NCBI GenBank assembly: GCA_950097015.1
Contig: CATNEN010000009.1
Location: 620,001 to 684,000, forward strand
Source of the DNA: Macrostomum hystrix
Lineage: Eukaryota > Animalia > Platyhelminthes
Reading direction: 5' to 3'
DNA length: 64,000 bases
Under the pieces are notes generated by a model. That model was not told the origin of the DNA. It did no database searches and saw only the letters and a list, made by a program, of their open reading frames with translations. Both the position numbers and the translations under genes were made by a program. This document shows, piece after piece, positions 1 to 12,555 of the stretch (positions are counted from its first letter, which is position 1; every line of letters begins with the position of its first letter).

Positions 1-83
1 AGACTGGAAAGAGGAAAGAGGAAAGAGGATATAGCAATATGCTGCAGGTTTCCAACATTAACTTGGCCAAAGTTGAGTCTTAC

Positions 84-426
84 CGCCAGTGCCGTAGACC
101 CACTTGCTGCAGACGCCCAGGCACTGCACGGAGGGCAGCAGGCCCTGCTTGACCAGCGCCATGTTGAATGGGTCGCCGCAGTTCGGGTCGGTTGAAGTGT
201 CACACTCGATGCAGTTCACGTTTTGCTCTGCGGGCCACGGTAAACCCGTTTTATTCAAGAGTCTATGATCGGGAGAAGGATCAGCTAATTTACACTATAG
301 GACATATGTACAGCATGAATTGCTCCACATGCACCAACCTCGACAGAAGTCTGGGTCCGAGCTGAACCCGAACCTGCCCAAAGAGCACTGGCAGGTGAGC
401 ACCAAGAACCAGAGTTGCCACTGCAT
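84..426 (-). CDS. Quiver/sleepless-like Ly6/uPAR three-finger protein, 5' two coding exons (continues beyond window start)
   Basis: Exon 426-374 encodes a signal peptide (MQWQLWFLVLTCQCSLG). GT..AG intron 373-263. Exon 262-84 is in phase and reads RLLNKTGLPWPAEQNVNCIECDTSTDPNCGDPFNMALVKQGLLPSVQCLGVCSKWVYGTG, ending at a GTAAG donor. CxxCx7CxDPF is the quiver/UPAR-Ly6 N-terminal signature. Confidence 0.7.
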
Positions 427-2267
427 GCCTGAAAAGCAGGGCATCATTTCGCCACAAAAGCATCTGCATGAAGTATCGACTGTATAATTTCATAAGTCCA
501 TAGTTACTCAGTATTAATAATCACCAAATCAATTTACAAAAGTGCATGCTGCCTTTATTTACTTAAAAACTTAAAAACTTACTTAAAAGTAGATAAACTT
601 AAAAAAGCCATGGTCACACGAGGAAATGAGTAAAAATAAGCAAACAATTACGCTCGTGGCTAGTATTTAGGTTCATTTCAGCTGCATAGTTTTTATATCG
701 AATTAATAAGTCAAACAGATAACAGCATTTCACTAAAGCCGTTGTCAACAGACTGAAAACCAAAAAACATTTTGTCTACGTGAAACATAATATTTTAAAT
801 ACGCCTGCCACAACTATTTTATCTCTAAAAAATCTTGATGAGCTGAAAAGTTTATCGAGTCATATGAACATGTAATATATATTTTTAATGTTTCGATTCG
901 TGCAACTGTTGACAGCCATTTAAGGCATATTGACTTTTTACAGTCATTGGCGGCTTAAAATATCCTAAATGCCCTCCACTAAAAATAATATAATTTTTTA
1001 CTGATAACTGCTGCCATTAAATATAGCTTTTTAAAGCTAAATACAAAGTGATAAAACAATTGATTATGTATTTTTGGATGTGTTAATACACGATAAAGTG
1101 ACTTGCGATCATATTTTCTACCAAAAGCATGAACTAAAAGCAAAATACCTGGATTCCAATAAATATTAGGTTTTGAGATAGAAAGAATAAAATAATGACT
1201 GAATATTAGCCAGTAGTAAGCAATTCCTGAAAAAATTTTCAAGTTATTAGACAGCGTTGAAGGTCTGATGTCTAAATTAAATTCCACGAAGATTAAAAAC
1301 AACATTTAAAAATCTGCGCATTATTAAACTATAAGAAAAAACCCAAATAAATCCTTTGTTCTGCCTGTCGATTTATTAAGAAACCAAATAGTAATGCTTT
1401 ATAATCATAAAAATTTACTGTCAACTTGCTTTGATCTCATTACTTCAAAATTTTCGCATTTAGAAAGCTTTTCAATTTAGGGACATTCACTCACGACATA
1501 TAAACGGAATTTTTTTCTATAAATTTTTATGTTTAGAATTTAATATACAGAACTTATTATACATTATGTGGTATTGATTGCTACCTCTTATGAATAAAAT
1601 ATATACAAAAGACTGAATTTATATCTATGTGACATTTTACTTAAATCAGAAATGTGTTCGAATCTTAAAATATTTTAGTACAGTAATTAACACATCATAT
1701 CTTTAGTGTTTTTTGACAGTACTAAGTATATGCATTCCAGAATGACTAGTGGCGAGTAAGTTCATGTTTCTATATTATAAACATATAATTCAAGTACAAA
1801 TATTTCATAGATGTTTTGATTTTGTACAATCTATTTTCTCCTAAATTTGTACTTTTCTTTATTTGTGCATTTACAAAGAGCAAGTAGGTTTTGGGCTTCA
1901 CAAAATATATTTCCTTGATTAAAAAGCAATGTTTACTTTGTAAATATAAACTATGACTTTACTTTTAAAGAATCTGAAAAAGCATTTGTGTATAGTTTTC
2001 ATAATTTATGTAACAAAGTGATATTGTAAAAGTAAATGTAAAAGTAGGATACCTATAAGTTGACTAGTTATTTAGAAGAGTGGTGACCAAAACTATTGTC
2101 TTTTATAAATTTTTCTTAGCTATTAAATAAGCTAGCCATGCATAGTTTTTTATCTGTGCAATAGGCTGTGCAATTAATATTTAGTAAGGTGAAAGCCATT
2201 ATATGACTAGCTAGTGTTTTACACAACACCATCTGTCCTCAGCAGCTAGTGCCCAGGGCTGCAACTG

Positions 2268-3595
2268 ATGCGCAGCTCAACCCTGCTGAAATTTCCCAGT
2301 GGTGTTGCCGCCACCCTCACAGTCACTGGTGGCCAGCCTGAAGGCATTGCTGCTACCATTCTGGTGGTCAGAGCTGGAGGTACTGATGAGGCCTGGTCGA
2401 CAGCTTTCACAGCTAATTATGTTGCTCAGCTGGTCGGCACTTCCACAATTTCGTTTTCCGAGTTCCTGGCAGGAATTCGTGCCGCTGCCACTGCTGCTGC
2501 TGCTGACAGTGGCTCAGCAAACCTAAGCGATGGGACCTCTTGGCAGTTGGACCTGCTAACTATGGCGCAGTTGCTGCAACTTCGAGCAGCAAAAACTGGT
2601 GATGCTGCCTCTTCGGAATCTATTGGCGATGGTTAGTTTTAGATTTGCCTACACCGTACTGTAAAATGACATCACAAAGAGGCGTTCGATACTTTTAGAG
2701 AGAAGGAATCGGGAGAGGGCGATTGCACATTCTTCCAACTGTTTTGGCATAACCTCACCGATTGATTTCAAATGGTTTATGTTCCCAGATCCATGACGCA
2801 AACAAGCTTTTCAATTTTCACTCTTCACGCCCTGCCCGCCCAGCAGCAAAGGACAGACTGCAGCAGAGACGCTTTCTCATTGTGACGCGCACACAAGGCG
2901 CCGACCGCGTGCATTTTCCATTGCCGCTTGATCTTGTTGTTGCGCCCAATCGAGGTACCAAGCCGAATACAGCTGAGCACAGAGCCACTGAGAGGGACCG
3001 TGGCAGTGTAGGTAACGGCAGCAGACTGCGCAGGCTGCGGGCCCGAGTTTTGCAACTGCGCCAGGAGAACAAGCGCTTGGTTGACGAAAACTACCGCCTG
3101 ACCGCCTGCGTCGAAGAAGCGGCTTCTCTGCAGCGTGAAGCCTCTGAGCTTGGCACCGTGGCACGGCGCGCGCGTGCTAGCCTGGATCAGCGACGCAGAC
3201 GCCAATGCGCCGTCTCCGCTGAGCTCTCCGAATTGCGAGCCCAGGTTGAGGCGTTGAGAAGCGAAGAGCGCGAAACGCGGCGTCGGCTAACTGAAGCGGA
3301 ATCGGCACTTGCCGCTCAGAGAGCCGGGCTGCGAGTGCGCTCAATGCGTCGTCGTGCGCTCTCGCTTGAACGTTCGAACCCGACATCACCGCGGACGCTG
3401 CCGACACAGCTTCCGCTGCCCCTGCCGAAGCGGCAACCACGATCCAGCACTCGTCCAGCCTCTTCAACGAATCGGTTCTCCAACGGACCGCTTAGCCCAA
3501 TGCCATATCAGGAGGACATTGCGGACATTGACAAGCGTCTTGAGCAGCTACGGTGTGCCCTGGACCAGGCATTGCTGTTGCCGGCACACAGCTAG
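2268..3595 (+). CDS. CCDC61: Coiled-coil domain-containing protein 61 (VFL3), centriole/basal body protein; 2 coding exons (2268-2631, 2844-3595), ~370 aa
   Basis: A phase-1 intron (G|gttag..cccag|CA) joins the two ORFs in frame. Motifs match CCDC61: EAWSTAFTANYV (~DQWRGEFDAGFI), WQLDLLTMAQLLQLR (~VTLDLLTYTDLESLR), RRFLIVTRTQGADRVHFPLPL (~KRYLILIYSVEFDRIHYPLPL), a coiled coil, and C-terminal DIADIDKRLEQL (~MADIDARLKAL). Confidence 0.85.
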
Positions 3596-4669
3596 ACTAG
3601 ATAAAGCCCTCCTACAACTTGCACACTGAATGTTTGTCTTTTTCTTCCAGCATTTGGCATATGTGTGATTGAATTTTTCGCTTGCTAGAAACTTGCGAAC
3701 TACTTTTAGATCAGTGATGATTCATTTGTGCCCGAGCTTGGCTTCGGTATCCCCATATTCTGATGCCATTTATATATACAATTCTATATAAATTCAATGA
3801 GCGCTATTTGCAAAATTACCAAATAGAGATAAGCTCCTAACCACTCATTGAGTTCATCACGCTCTGGCCCAAGAAATTTGAGCGGAAGCACTCATTTTCT
3901 CAGGTTTCACTTTTGATATTTTGTTATTTTAGTCTGTAGAGAGTATTATAGGCTACTGATAGGATTGTTAGTACCTTGCTAAGTGTGTTGTTACGTATTT
4001 GCTTGCCAAAATATCAGACATTTCCGGATGTTGTGCGAACCAGGTGCGAAATGAGCTTTTCATAACAATTGTTTCTTATGGCACTGTTAGCTTTTTAAGC
4101 GAGACTTGATTTCAGCTCGATATTGCTGGTTTTTGCTTTCTTGGTTAGTGATGATAATCTCCTGCCTATGCTAAAACGTAACTCTGAGCAGCTCTAATAT
4201 CCGATGCATTAACACCTGAAACATATCGTCAATATTGTCCCATTTCCGTTACTCGTTTGTGCTTGTGATTGTACTATAGCTCCTGCTCACCATTTCCAGT
4301 AAGGTATAAGAATTAGCTTTATGAATTGTAAAATATATGTTGCTGACTTTTGAACATTCAACCCGCATTGAAAAATGCAATACATTCATTAACAACTGAC
4401 TGGGTTAAGTTGTTAGTAATTTCATCATCGATAGTCCATTCCCAATTGCCCCGAAGCATTAGACACATGTAAGCTCGAATTTTTATTGCAAAAAAATAAT
4501 TGCCGAAAAATTGCGATGCCTAGAACACAAAACTGTGCGGCAAAATTACTACAAAATTATATATACTATTTTTAATCCTTCTGAATTCACTATCAGATAT
4601 AGTAGCCAAATAGTCTCAAATCCGTCGTATTTATCAGCAGCTGAGTGAGAAAATTGCACTGCTGATTTC

Positions 4670-6895
4670 TCATGTACACAATGTCACATTTGCTGCAGCA
4701 GCTGCCGCCTCGGTGTTGTTGCCAGCAGGCAAACACAACTGAACCCACCTCAGCGGTAAGTACTTATCCTGGAACGACCTCAGAACGATAGCCGCGGTGA
4801 GACAGACGGCCAGACAGAGCCAGGTGACAAGCCGCTGCCTCAGGACTGGTCGCAGTGGCGGCAGACTCTCCGGCTCAGACACGTCCAGCTCGACTTCGCT
4901 TTCATACGGCGTTGAGTAGACTTTCGAGGCAGACCGGACATGCAAGCGCCGGCCAGTTGTCGGTAGCAGAGGCTCCGTTTGATCGTCGCCTTTGTTCGAT
5001 GCTGGCTTTCCACCGAGAACGCCGGCTTGGAAATCCATCGGATGACCGGACGCTCTCAGCCGAGCACTATCGACCTCCTTCTGCCAGTCGGTCCGCCAGA
5101 CGATGCCCCAGAAGATGATCGTCTCGATGCTGATGCCAACTAGAATTCCGATCCAAAATCCCTTCATTTCCAACCAGGTCAGCAGACTGAGCGGCAGTCC
5201 GATCGGCAAAGCAATCAAGTCATAGGCGATTATGTTGACGAAGGCTCCAATCAGCTGCCGTCCACTACCCTTCAGCACACCAGACGCGGTAGCAGAAAGA
5301 CCATCGACGAACGGGAAGGGAGCGTAGACCGTCAGCAGCTCCGCGGTGGCAGCTTTGACCTCTGGGTCACTTGTGAAGATGCTCGCGATCGGCTCCTTGC
5401 ATGTCACGAAGAACACACAGATAATTGTGGAGGTGAACATAATGATTGTGAACGCAACCTTGCAGGTGTGCTTGGCTTGCTCGACCCGTCCGGCGCCAAG
5501 ATGCTGACCCACACGGATGTTCACAGCAATGGACATGCCGAGGGACACCATGTAAAGTAAGGCGGAGCTCTGGAAGACTATCGCCTGCGCAGCCAGCTGA
5601 AGAAGACTGATGTTGCCTGCCACGAAGGTTCCGATCTGAAATGTTTCCGGTCAAATATGAAAATTTCGCTTTAACGAGCTATAGCACATTTACTATTCGA
5701 TAATTCTACCTCAAAACTGATATTTTCCAGAGATACAAGCAAAAGACCCGGTACAGCAAGTTTGATGAAGCCTCCGATTTCGTACAGTGCCTCGACCTTC
5801 CAGCCGTCCCAGGTGTCCTCAAACACGCGAGACACGCGGATGTACACGATGATGCAGACGCACATCACAAACAGGGACGCGGCCTGACATGCAGCCGACG
5901 CCTCGAACTCGAAGCCCATCACGTAGATGGCGATGTACTGCGAGACCGCGTTGAACACATTGCCGATCACGGCGCACACGAGCGGAGGGTTGACGCGGTT
6001 CTGAGTCTGCAGGTACCTTGCCAACACCAGGAATGTGTAGTCAAAAAACACTCCTGGCATGAAGATGAGAATGTAGCGAGCAGTCATGTCGCTGATGATC
6101 GGATCCTGACCCAGCAGCAACAGCACGGGCTTGATGTTGAGGTGCAGGCAGTACACGGGCACCAGGAACATGTACATGACCAGCAGGCTACGCTGCAGGT
6201 ACAGTCCGACTCGCTTCTTGTGCCTGCTGCCGAATGTCTGCGCAAAGTAGGTGTCGCATCCGGTGGACAGTCCGAGACCAATGCTCAGCGCGGCCACGTT
6301 GATGAGGGTGCAAGCGAGAGCGACCGCATCCAGCTGCTCCTTTGACAGGTGACCGCACATGATGACGCTGACAGTCTGGAGCAGAAACTGGAAGAAGCAG
6401 GTGAGAAAGGCAGGCAGATGTAGTCTGGCGATCTCTCCGAACTCTTTCCAGTAGCCCAGCGGGAAGTACTTTTCTCCGAAGCGGTCGGTGGCGCCCAAGA
6501 GGCCCTTTCGGTGAGCGACATTATGCGACATCCTTTTGGAGTGGTCCCTGATAAGTTAGCAAAAAGACTAAGCAAAGTAAGTTGCTCGCACTATGAAAGA
6601 AAGCTGTTCAGTGTAACACAAGTCGCCCTGAATTCGGGCTTATCTATCTACAAGTACTTTATCGCATCTGGTTTTCTGTAGGATAAATCATGATATCACT
6701 TAATCTCTAGTATCTTCAAGCCTTATGTCTCGATTGGGCGCAAATATGATATACGCTCTGTGCTCTGTGCTACACTGCTTACCTGAACTCAAGTACAGCG
6801 CCATCCAGTGCTCCGTACGCCGCAGCATTTTGCTGCTTGTCATAGGGGGGGAAATTGGCGTCATCGAAATGCTGCTCGCCGCCTCTTTGCGCCAT
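4670..6895 (-). CDS. SLC47A: MATE (SLC47-like) multidrug and toxin extrusion transporter, paralog 1; exons 6895-6783, 6547-5710, 5635-4670; 638 aa
   Basis: Introns are phase-consistent (AG|gtaagc..tcag|G; GAG|gtagaa..ttcag|ATC) and the total of 1917 nt is divisible by 3. MATE motifs: SIGLGLSTGCDTYFAQTFGS, RVGQHLGAG, DGLSATASGVLKGSGRQ, GFWIG. There is an extra C-terminal TM as in SLC47A1. Confidence 0.9.
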
Positions 6896-7714
6896 TTTCT
6901 GAGCTATTTCAAGAAAAGTGACCGTTTGTGCGGTATTTAATGAGCAGCGTATGCGCTGCAGCTTAGATTCATGGCTGAATTGTTGGATTAGGCCCAGTTT
7001 TGTCAAACTCATCTTATCTTTCGAATTTCATAGTCGTAAATATTGTAAGCACAACAGATAAGCACAGCTGATTGCGGTGAAACATTTCTAGCGGTACTGC
7101 GGCATGATTGGCATGAAACTGAGCGAATCAGCCCACCAGGTTACACTTGCTGCTATTCAATTAGAGAAATTTTACTTTGAAGACGAATTTTTTTAATCAA
7201 ATTTTTAACCTTTTTCTCTACTAGATAGCAGGGCTTTTGCTTCATTGCGAAATATTAGTCGTGACGCCTTTAGTCGTCAATGCAGGAGCAGGTCAAGAGA
7301 GTTGGTCGATGAATGACCAACTTTACTGCAGATTTTTTCTCAAGAAATGTGGCATTGGTAGAAACTAGTGAACTTGTGAGCACATTAATGCAATCATGTT
7401 TCCTAACCATTTTTCTGCTTTGAAAATGCGGGAAACATTTTAACTGCTGTGTTCAGTCAGTCCAACAAGTAACCGAAAATAAAATTTCTTGCTTATCAGA
7501 ACAAGTCGCACTTATAGAAAAAATGCAAAAACTAATAGTAGTTGGCAGTTGTTTTTAGTTGCATTTGTAGGTGAAAACTGCTTCAGCAATTTGTTGATCG
7601 GTATTTTGGAGTTAAAGTCGCACTGCTGTTTATACACAATGCGCGTTCGCGCCAGCTGAGCCTTGGGCTTGAAGGGCTGCCCAACAATCTCCTAAATTGA
7701 TGCTTTACGCAGCA

Positions 7715-8560
7715 ACACTACTGACAGCCATTGACACCACTTTGCTGACCGCACCGACACTGTCAGCTTAGATGACCTCGAGATAAGCTCCTGAAGCAGG
7801 CTCTCAAGCATGGCGCGGTTTTCCATCGTTTGCCAATCAGAAGCTCCTTGAACTCGCTGCATGACTACAATTCGTGCTCACCAACACACACAGTGCCTGG
7901 GTTTGCTCGAGCTTCTTGTCACTGGCGCTCCTGCTTTAAGCACTCCGACTAATTCTGACGTCATGGCGACGCCCTGTTCAATCTCACAACGTTTCTGTCT
8001 GAAATTCGACCTCGTGCATTTCCCATATTTGTAGGTTTTTTATATTTTCCTGCCTTCTTCCAGGATGACCACTGCTAAATCTAACAGATTTTCGTTACTT
8101 TCAGTTTTTTTTAAACTTTACGGAGAACAGATTTCAGGTAGCGAAACTTTACCACAGGTTGCTGTACCATACTTCCGTGGAGCTATCCGGTTTCTCCCAG
8201 TTTTAAGGCGAGTTTTCAAGGCTTACCTCTGAATTCTTCAACCAGTCTGTCTCTAACAGCCTCGTACGCAATTGCAGAGCGTCCAAGATCTTCAACAACA
8301 TTCAACGCACTGCCGCCTTAGCTGCAGCAACTTGAACTCAGGCGCAATCGCAGGCCATCAGTGCAGTTGAAAAGATTTGCTTGCAATTTTGTTCTGCTAC
8401 TTATCCCATTTAATGCCGGTATTTCAATACGCCTCAGTATCCTCCATAAGTCCTTGGGCAGATTCCTGGTCCGCTCGACGCGGTCCTTGATTCTGGCGTA
8501 GCCTTCATTATGTTCTTCACAAATCGCAGGCCTCTTCATCAAAGGCGCACTTCTGTTTGG
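7715..8560 (-). mobile_element. Decayed BEL/Pao LTR-retrotransposon gag remnant
   Basis: Minus-strand translation with stops gives RIEIPALNG...LRLSSSCCS*GGSALNVVEDLGRSAIAYEAVRDRLVEEF (gag core). At ~7900-7720 it gives CVGEHEL*SCSEFKELLIGKRWKTAPCLRACFRSLSRGHLS*QCRCGQQSGVNGCQ, matching the BEL/Pao triple zinc-knuckle pattern. Confidence 0.6.
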
Positions 8561-8844
8561 ACAGCTTGCTCTTGAACATGACATGCGGCCGAGTGAGTGC
8601 TGCATTCGTCCTTGACATCTCGACAAGCAACTTTTCTATGCGCAGCACGACAGTATATTATTTGGCGCCCTGTCGACGAAAATTGACCTCTCATTTTCCC
8701 TCCAGATCACCCAGTAGCACATTAGATCTCACTTGAGTTCAATTCATAAGGACAAATAGACTAAACTAAAAAATATAACAAAGCTTTCATGTGGTCCTTG
8801 TGCCGAGCCGATTAAATGGGAGTTCAAACCTTAGAAACGCCATT

Positions 8845-9383
8845 AAGTGACGTCTGGCAATCTGTCTGAACTCTTTCCAGTAGCCCAGCGGGAAGTACTT
8901 TTCTCCGAAGCGGTCAGCGAAGCCCAAGAGGCCTTTGAGGTGAGCGAAATGTTGTCGAGGCCTCTGTGAGTGGTCCCTGATTGTGTGAAATGCTGCGTTC
9001 AGTGAGAGGTAATTTTATAATTTAGTTTTTCCACTTGATTTTTTATTATGATTGTGCTCTATGGACATGTTTGTTCTTACGATTTATTTTTGCGTTATTT
9101 CCATTTTTTATCTTGATAATTATTGATTAGTCAAGCCGTACACGGAATTATATAATTTTTGCGTATAGGTTTACGGGGAATTTCGCAAAAAATAGCTTGC
9201 TGTGTATTTGAGTCTTACTATTTTCGAAAAGCAACTGAAATTACCTTCTGCTCCGAGATACTTTGCTTACCTGAACTCAAGTACCTCGCCATCTTGAGTA
9301 CCATAGGCAGCTGCATTCTTCTGCTTCGCTCTGGATGACAAATTGGCCTCATGCAGTAACTGCTGGCTGCCTCTTCGTGCCAT
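8845..9383 (-). pseudogene. 3'-truncated third MATE paralog (exon 1 and start of exon 2 only)
   Basis: Exon 9383-9271 (113 nt, MARRGSQQLLHEANLSSRAKQKNAAAYGTQDGEVLEFR, gtaagc donor) is the same length as MATE-1 exon 1. The acceptor at 8977 leads into DHSQRPRQHFAHLKGLLGFADRFGEKYFPLGYWKEFRQIARRHLMAFL, after which homology is lost. Confidence 0.85.
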
Positions 9384-9929
9384 GTTTCAGCAGTCTTCGC
9401 GAAGCCGTAGCGATTGTGTTTAAGCGTGCGGCTATTGCTGTGTGCTACAGAAGAGTATACCGATAGTCTGAGGTGGCTTTGTCATATCTGGTCAGGGTCG
9501 TTTTTTGCAGTGTCCGTCTAATCTTTTAAATTTTACATGCAGTAAGTGGTGTTGATATGGATAGACTTCGCTGGAAATCTACTTCTAGCAGCATGCGTGA
9601 AACTCCAGCAGAACAGCTGTAGAAGTTAACGGGCTGCTAATCGTGAGTAAAGGCTGGAAGTTTTGATAAACAAATTTAGAGAATTTACGAGAATGCAATC
9701 GTAATTTCTCTCTAAAAAGCAGTGGACTTTCGCAGCAACACACTTGGTAGTGTAAGCTAAGAAGCCATATAAACCCAAATATTCTGCTGATTGATATTCC
9801 ACCACCAAATAAGTCATAAACTGAAGATCTTCTGTTTGTGTGATTCCTGCTTCTATGTGTAAAAATGTATGTTTTGCTTGCAGGTGTTTTACCCTAAGTG
9901 AGATTTTATTGAGATTAGAAAGACACTTT

Positions 9930-12102
9930 AATTTTAATACACTACCCTGCTTGGGCACTCTTCCTGAGCATTCAGCTGGAACAGCCGGTCAACAACACAT
10001 GGAACCAATTTTAATACACTACCCTGCTTGGGCACTCTTCCTGAGCATTCAGCTGGAACAGCCGGTCAAAAACACATGGAACCAATTTTAATACACTACC
10101 CTGCTTGGGCACTCTTCCTGAGCATTCAGCTGGAACAGCCGGTCAAAAACACATGGAACCAATTTTAATACACTACCCTGCTTGGGCACTCTTCCTGAGC
10201 ATTCAGCTGGAACAGCCGGTCAAAAACACATGGAACCAATTTTAATACACTACCCTGCTTGGGCACTCTTCCTGAGCATTCAGCTGGAACAGCCGGTCAA
10301 AAACAGATGGAACCAATTTTAATACACTACCCTGCTTGGGCACTCTTCCTGAGCATTCAGCTGGAACAGCCGGTCAAAAACACATGGAACCAATTTTAAT
10401 ACACTACCCTGCTTGGGCACTCTTCCTGAGCATTCGGCTGGAAAAGCCGGTCAAAAACACATGGAACCAATTTTAATACACTACCCTGCTTGGGCACTCT
10501 TCCTGAGCATTCAGCTGGAACAGCCGGTCAAAAACACATGGAACCAATTTTAATACACTACCCTGCTTGGGCACTCATCCTGAGCATTCAGCTGGAACAG
10601 CCGGTCAAAAACACATGGAACCAATTTTAATACACTACCCTGCTTGGGCACTCTTCCTGAGCATTCAGCTGGAACAGCCGGTCAAAAACACATGGAACCA
10701 ATTTTAATACACTACCCTGCTTGGGCACTCATCCTGAGCATTCAGCTGGAACAGCCGGTCAAAAACACATGGAACCAATTTTAATACACTACCCTGCTTG
10801 GGCACTCTTCCTGAGCATTCGGCTGGAAAAGCCGGTCAAAAACATATGGAACCAATTTTAATACACTACCCTGCTTGGGCACTCTTCCTGAGCATTCAGC
10901 TGGAACAGCCGGTCAAAAACAGATGGAACCAATTTTAATACACTACCCTGCTTGGGCACTCTTCCTGAGCATTCAGCTGGAACAGCCGGTCAAAAACACA
11001 TGGAACCAATTTTAATACACTACCCTGCTTGGGCACTCTTCCTGAGCATTCAGCTGGAACAGCCGGTCAAAAACACATGGAACCAATTTTAATACACTAC
11101 CCTGCTTGGGCACTCTTCCTGAGCATTCAGCTGGAACAGCCGGTCAAAAACACATGGAACCAATTTTAATACACTACCCTGCTTGGGCACTCTTCCTGAG
11201 CATTCAGCTGGAACAGCCGGTCAAAAACAGATGGAACCAATTTTAATACACTACCCTGCTTGGGCACTCTTCCTGAGCATTCGGCTGGAACAGCCGGTCA
11301 AAAACACATGGAACCAATTTTAATACACTACCCTGCTTGGGCACTCTTCCTGAGCATTCGGCTGGAAAAGCCGGTCAAAAACACATGGAACCAATTTTAA
11401 TACACTACCCTGCTTGGGCACTCTTCCTGAGCATTCAGCTGGAACAGCCGGTCAAAAACACATGGAACCAATTTTAATACACTACCCTGCTTGGGCACTC
11501 TTCCTGAGCATTCAGCTGGAACAGCCGGTCAAAAACACATGGAACCAATTTTAATACACTACCCTGCTTGGGCACTCTTCCTGAGCATTCAGCTGGAACA
11601 GCCGGTCAAAAACACATGGAACCAATTTTAATACACTACCCTGCTTGGGCACTCTTCCTGAGCATTCAGCTGGAACAGCCGGTCAAAAACAGATGGAACC
11701 AATTTTAATACACTAACCTGCTTGGGCACTCATCCTGAGCATTCAGCTGGAACAGCCGGTCAAAAACAGATGGAACCAATTTTAATACACTAACCTGCTT
11801 GGGCACTCTTCCTGAGCATTCAGCTGGAACAGCCGGTCAAAAACACATGGAACCATCACGGCATCAGCATATGTAGGGCACTCTTCCTGAGCATTCGGCT
11901 GGAACAGCCGGTCAAAAACACATGGAACCATCAGGGCCTCAGCAGATGTAGGGCACTCTTCCTGAGCATTCGGCTGGAAAAGTCGGTCAAAAACACATGG
12001 AACCATCAGGGCCTCAGCAGATGTAGGGCACTCTTCCTGAGCATTCGGCTGGAAAAGCCGGTCAAAAACACATGGAACCATCACGGCCTCAGCAGATGTA
12101 GG
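9930..12102. repeat. Tandem array: ~25 x 77-bp units followed by ~3.3 x 75-bp variant units
   Basis: The unit ttttaatacactaccctgcttgggcactcttcctgagcattcagctggaacagccggtcaaaaacacatggaaccaa recurs every 77 nt (9931, 10008...). From 11856 a 22-nt segment is replaced by the 20-nt tcagggcctcagcagatgta. Confidence 0.97.
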
Positions 12103-12555
12103 ATGTGGGGCTGATCATGCAAGCCGAAAGTCAGGCTAGCTAATGAGTCACGAGAGCGGCGAAGTCTAGCAGTAGAATTGTTGCTTAAGATAATCTACTA
12201 GCGAGAGTATATTTCTGTGATGAGCACGGACGAGAGCAAAGCGCAACACATTCTACGAGTATTTGGCTTCAGCCGATATATAAGTAACACACGCAGAGCC
12301 AGACGCGATTACATAATATGGTAGCATGAGAGAGAGAACGCTATTGCATGTACACTTAGACTGGTGTACAAACTTGTGCACAAACGCTATACTCATGACA
12401 ATTTCGAATGAATGTTGTAAAACTGCTCCGACTCATAAATAGAAACGCCAGAATGTTCCGAAAATAGCCATTTTTGTACAGATACGCTTATAAATTTATA
12501 GTTATTGAATACACAATAAGTTTGCAGTTCCGCTTCACAATCCATTGCCAAGTGG

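Noticed and set aside
979-1305. 108-aa hydrophobic ORF
   Set aside because: AT-rich intergenic composition, non-ATG start, no recognisable motif.
2818-3629. Antisense and alternative-frame ORFs over CCDC61; likewise over the MATE, lectin, ENPP and Roco exons
   Set aside because: Shadow ORFs of GC-rich coding sequence with no independent homology.
11782-12084. 100-aa ORF with 25-aa Cys-containing repeats
   Set aside because: A by-product of the 75-bp (3n) repeat unit; no splice or start context.
9930-12102. CRISPR-like look (constant 55-nt core plus short intervening segment)
   Set aside because: The intervening segments are of only two near-identical types, there are no cas genes, and the context is eukaryotic: it is a satellite.
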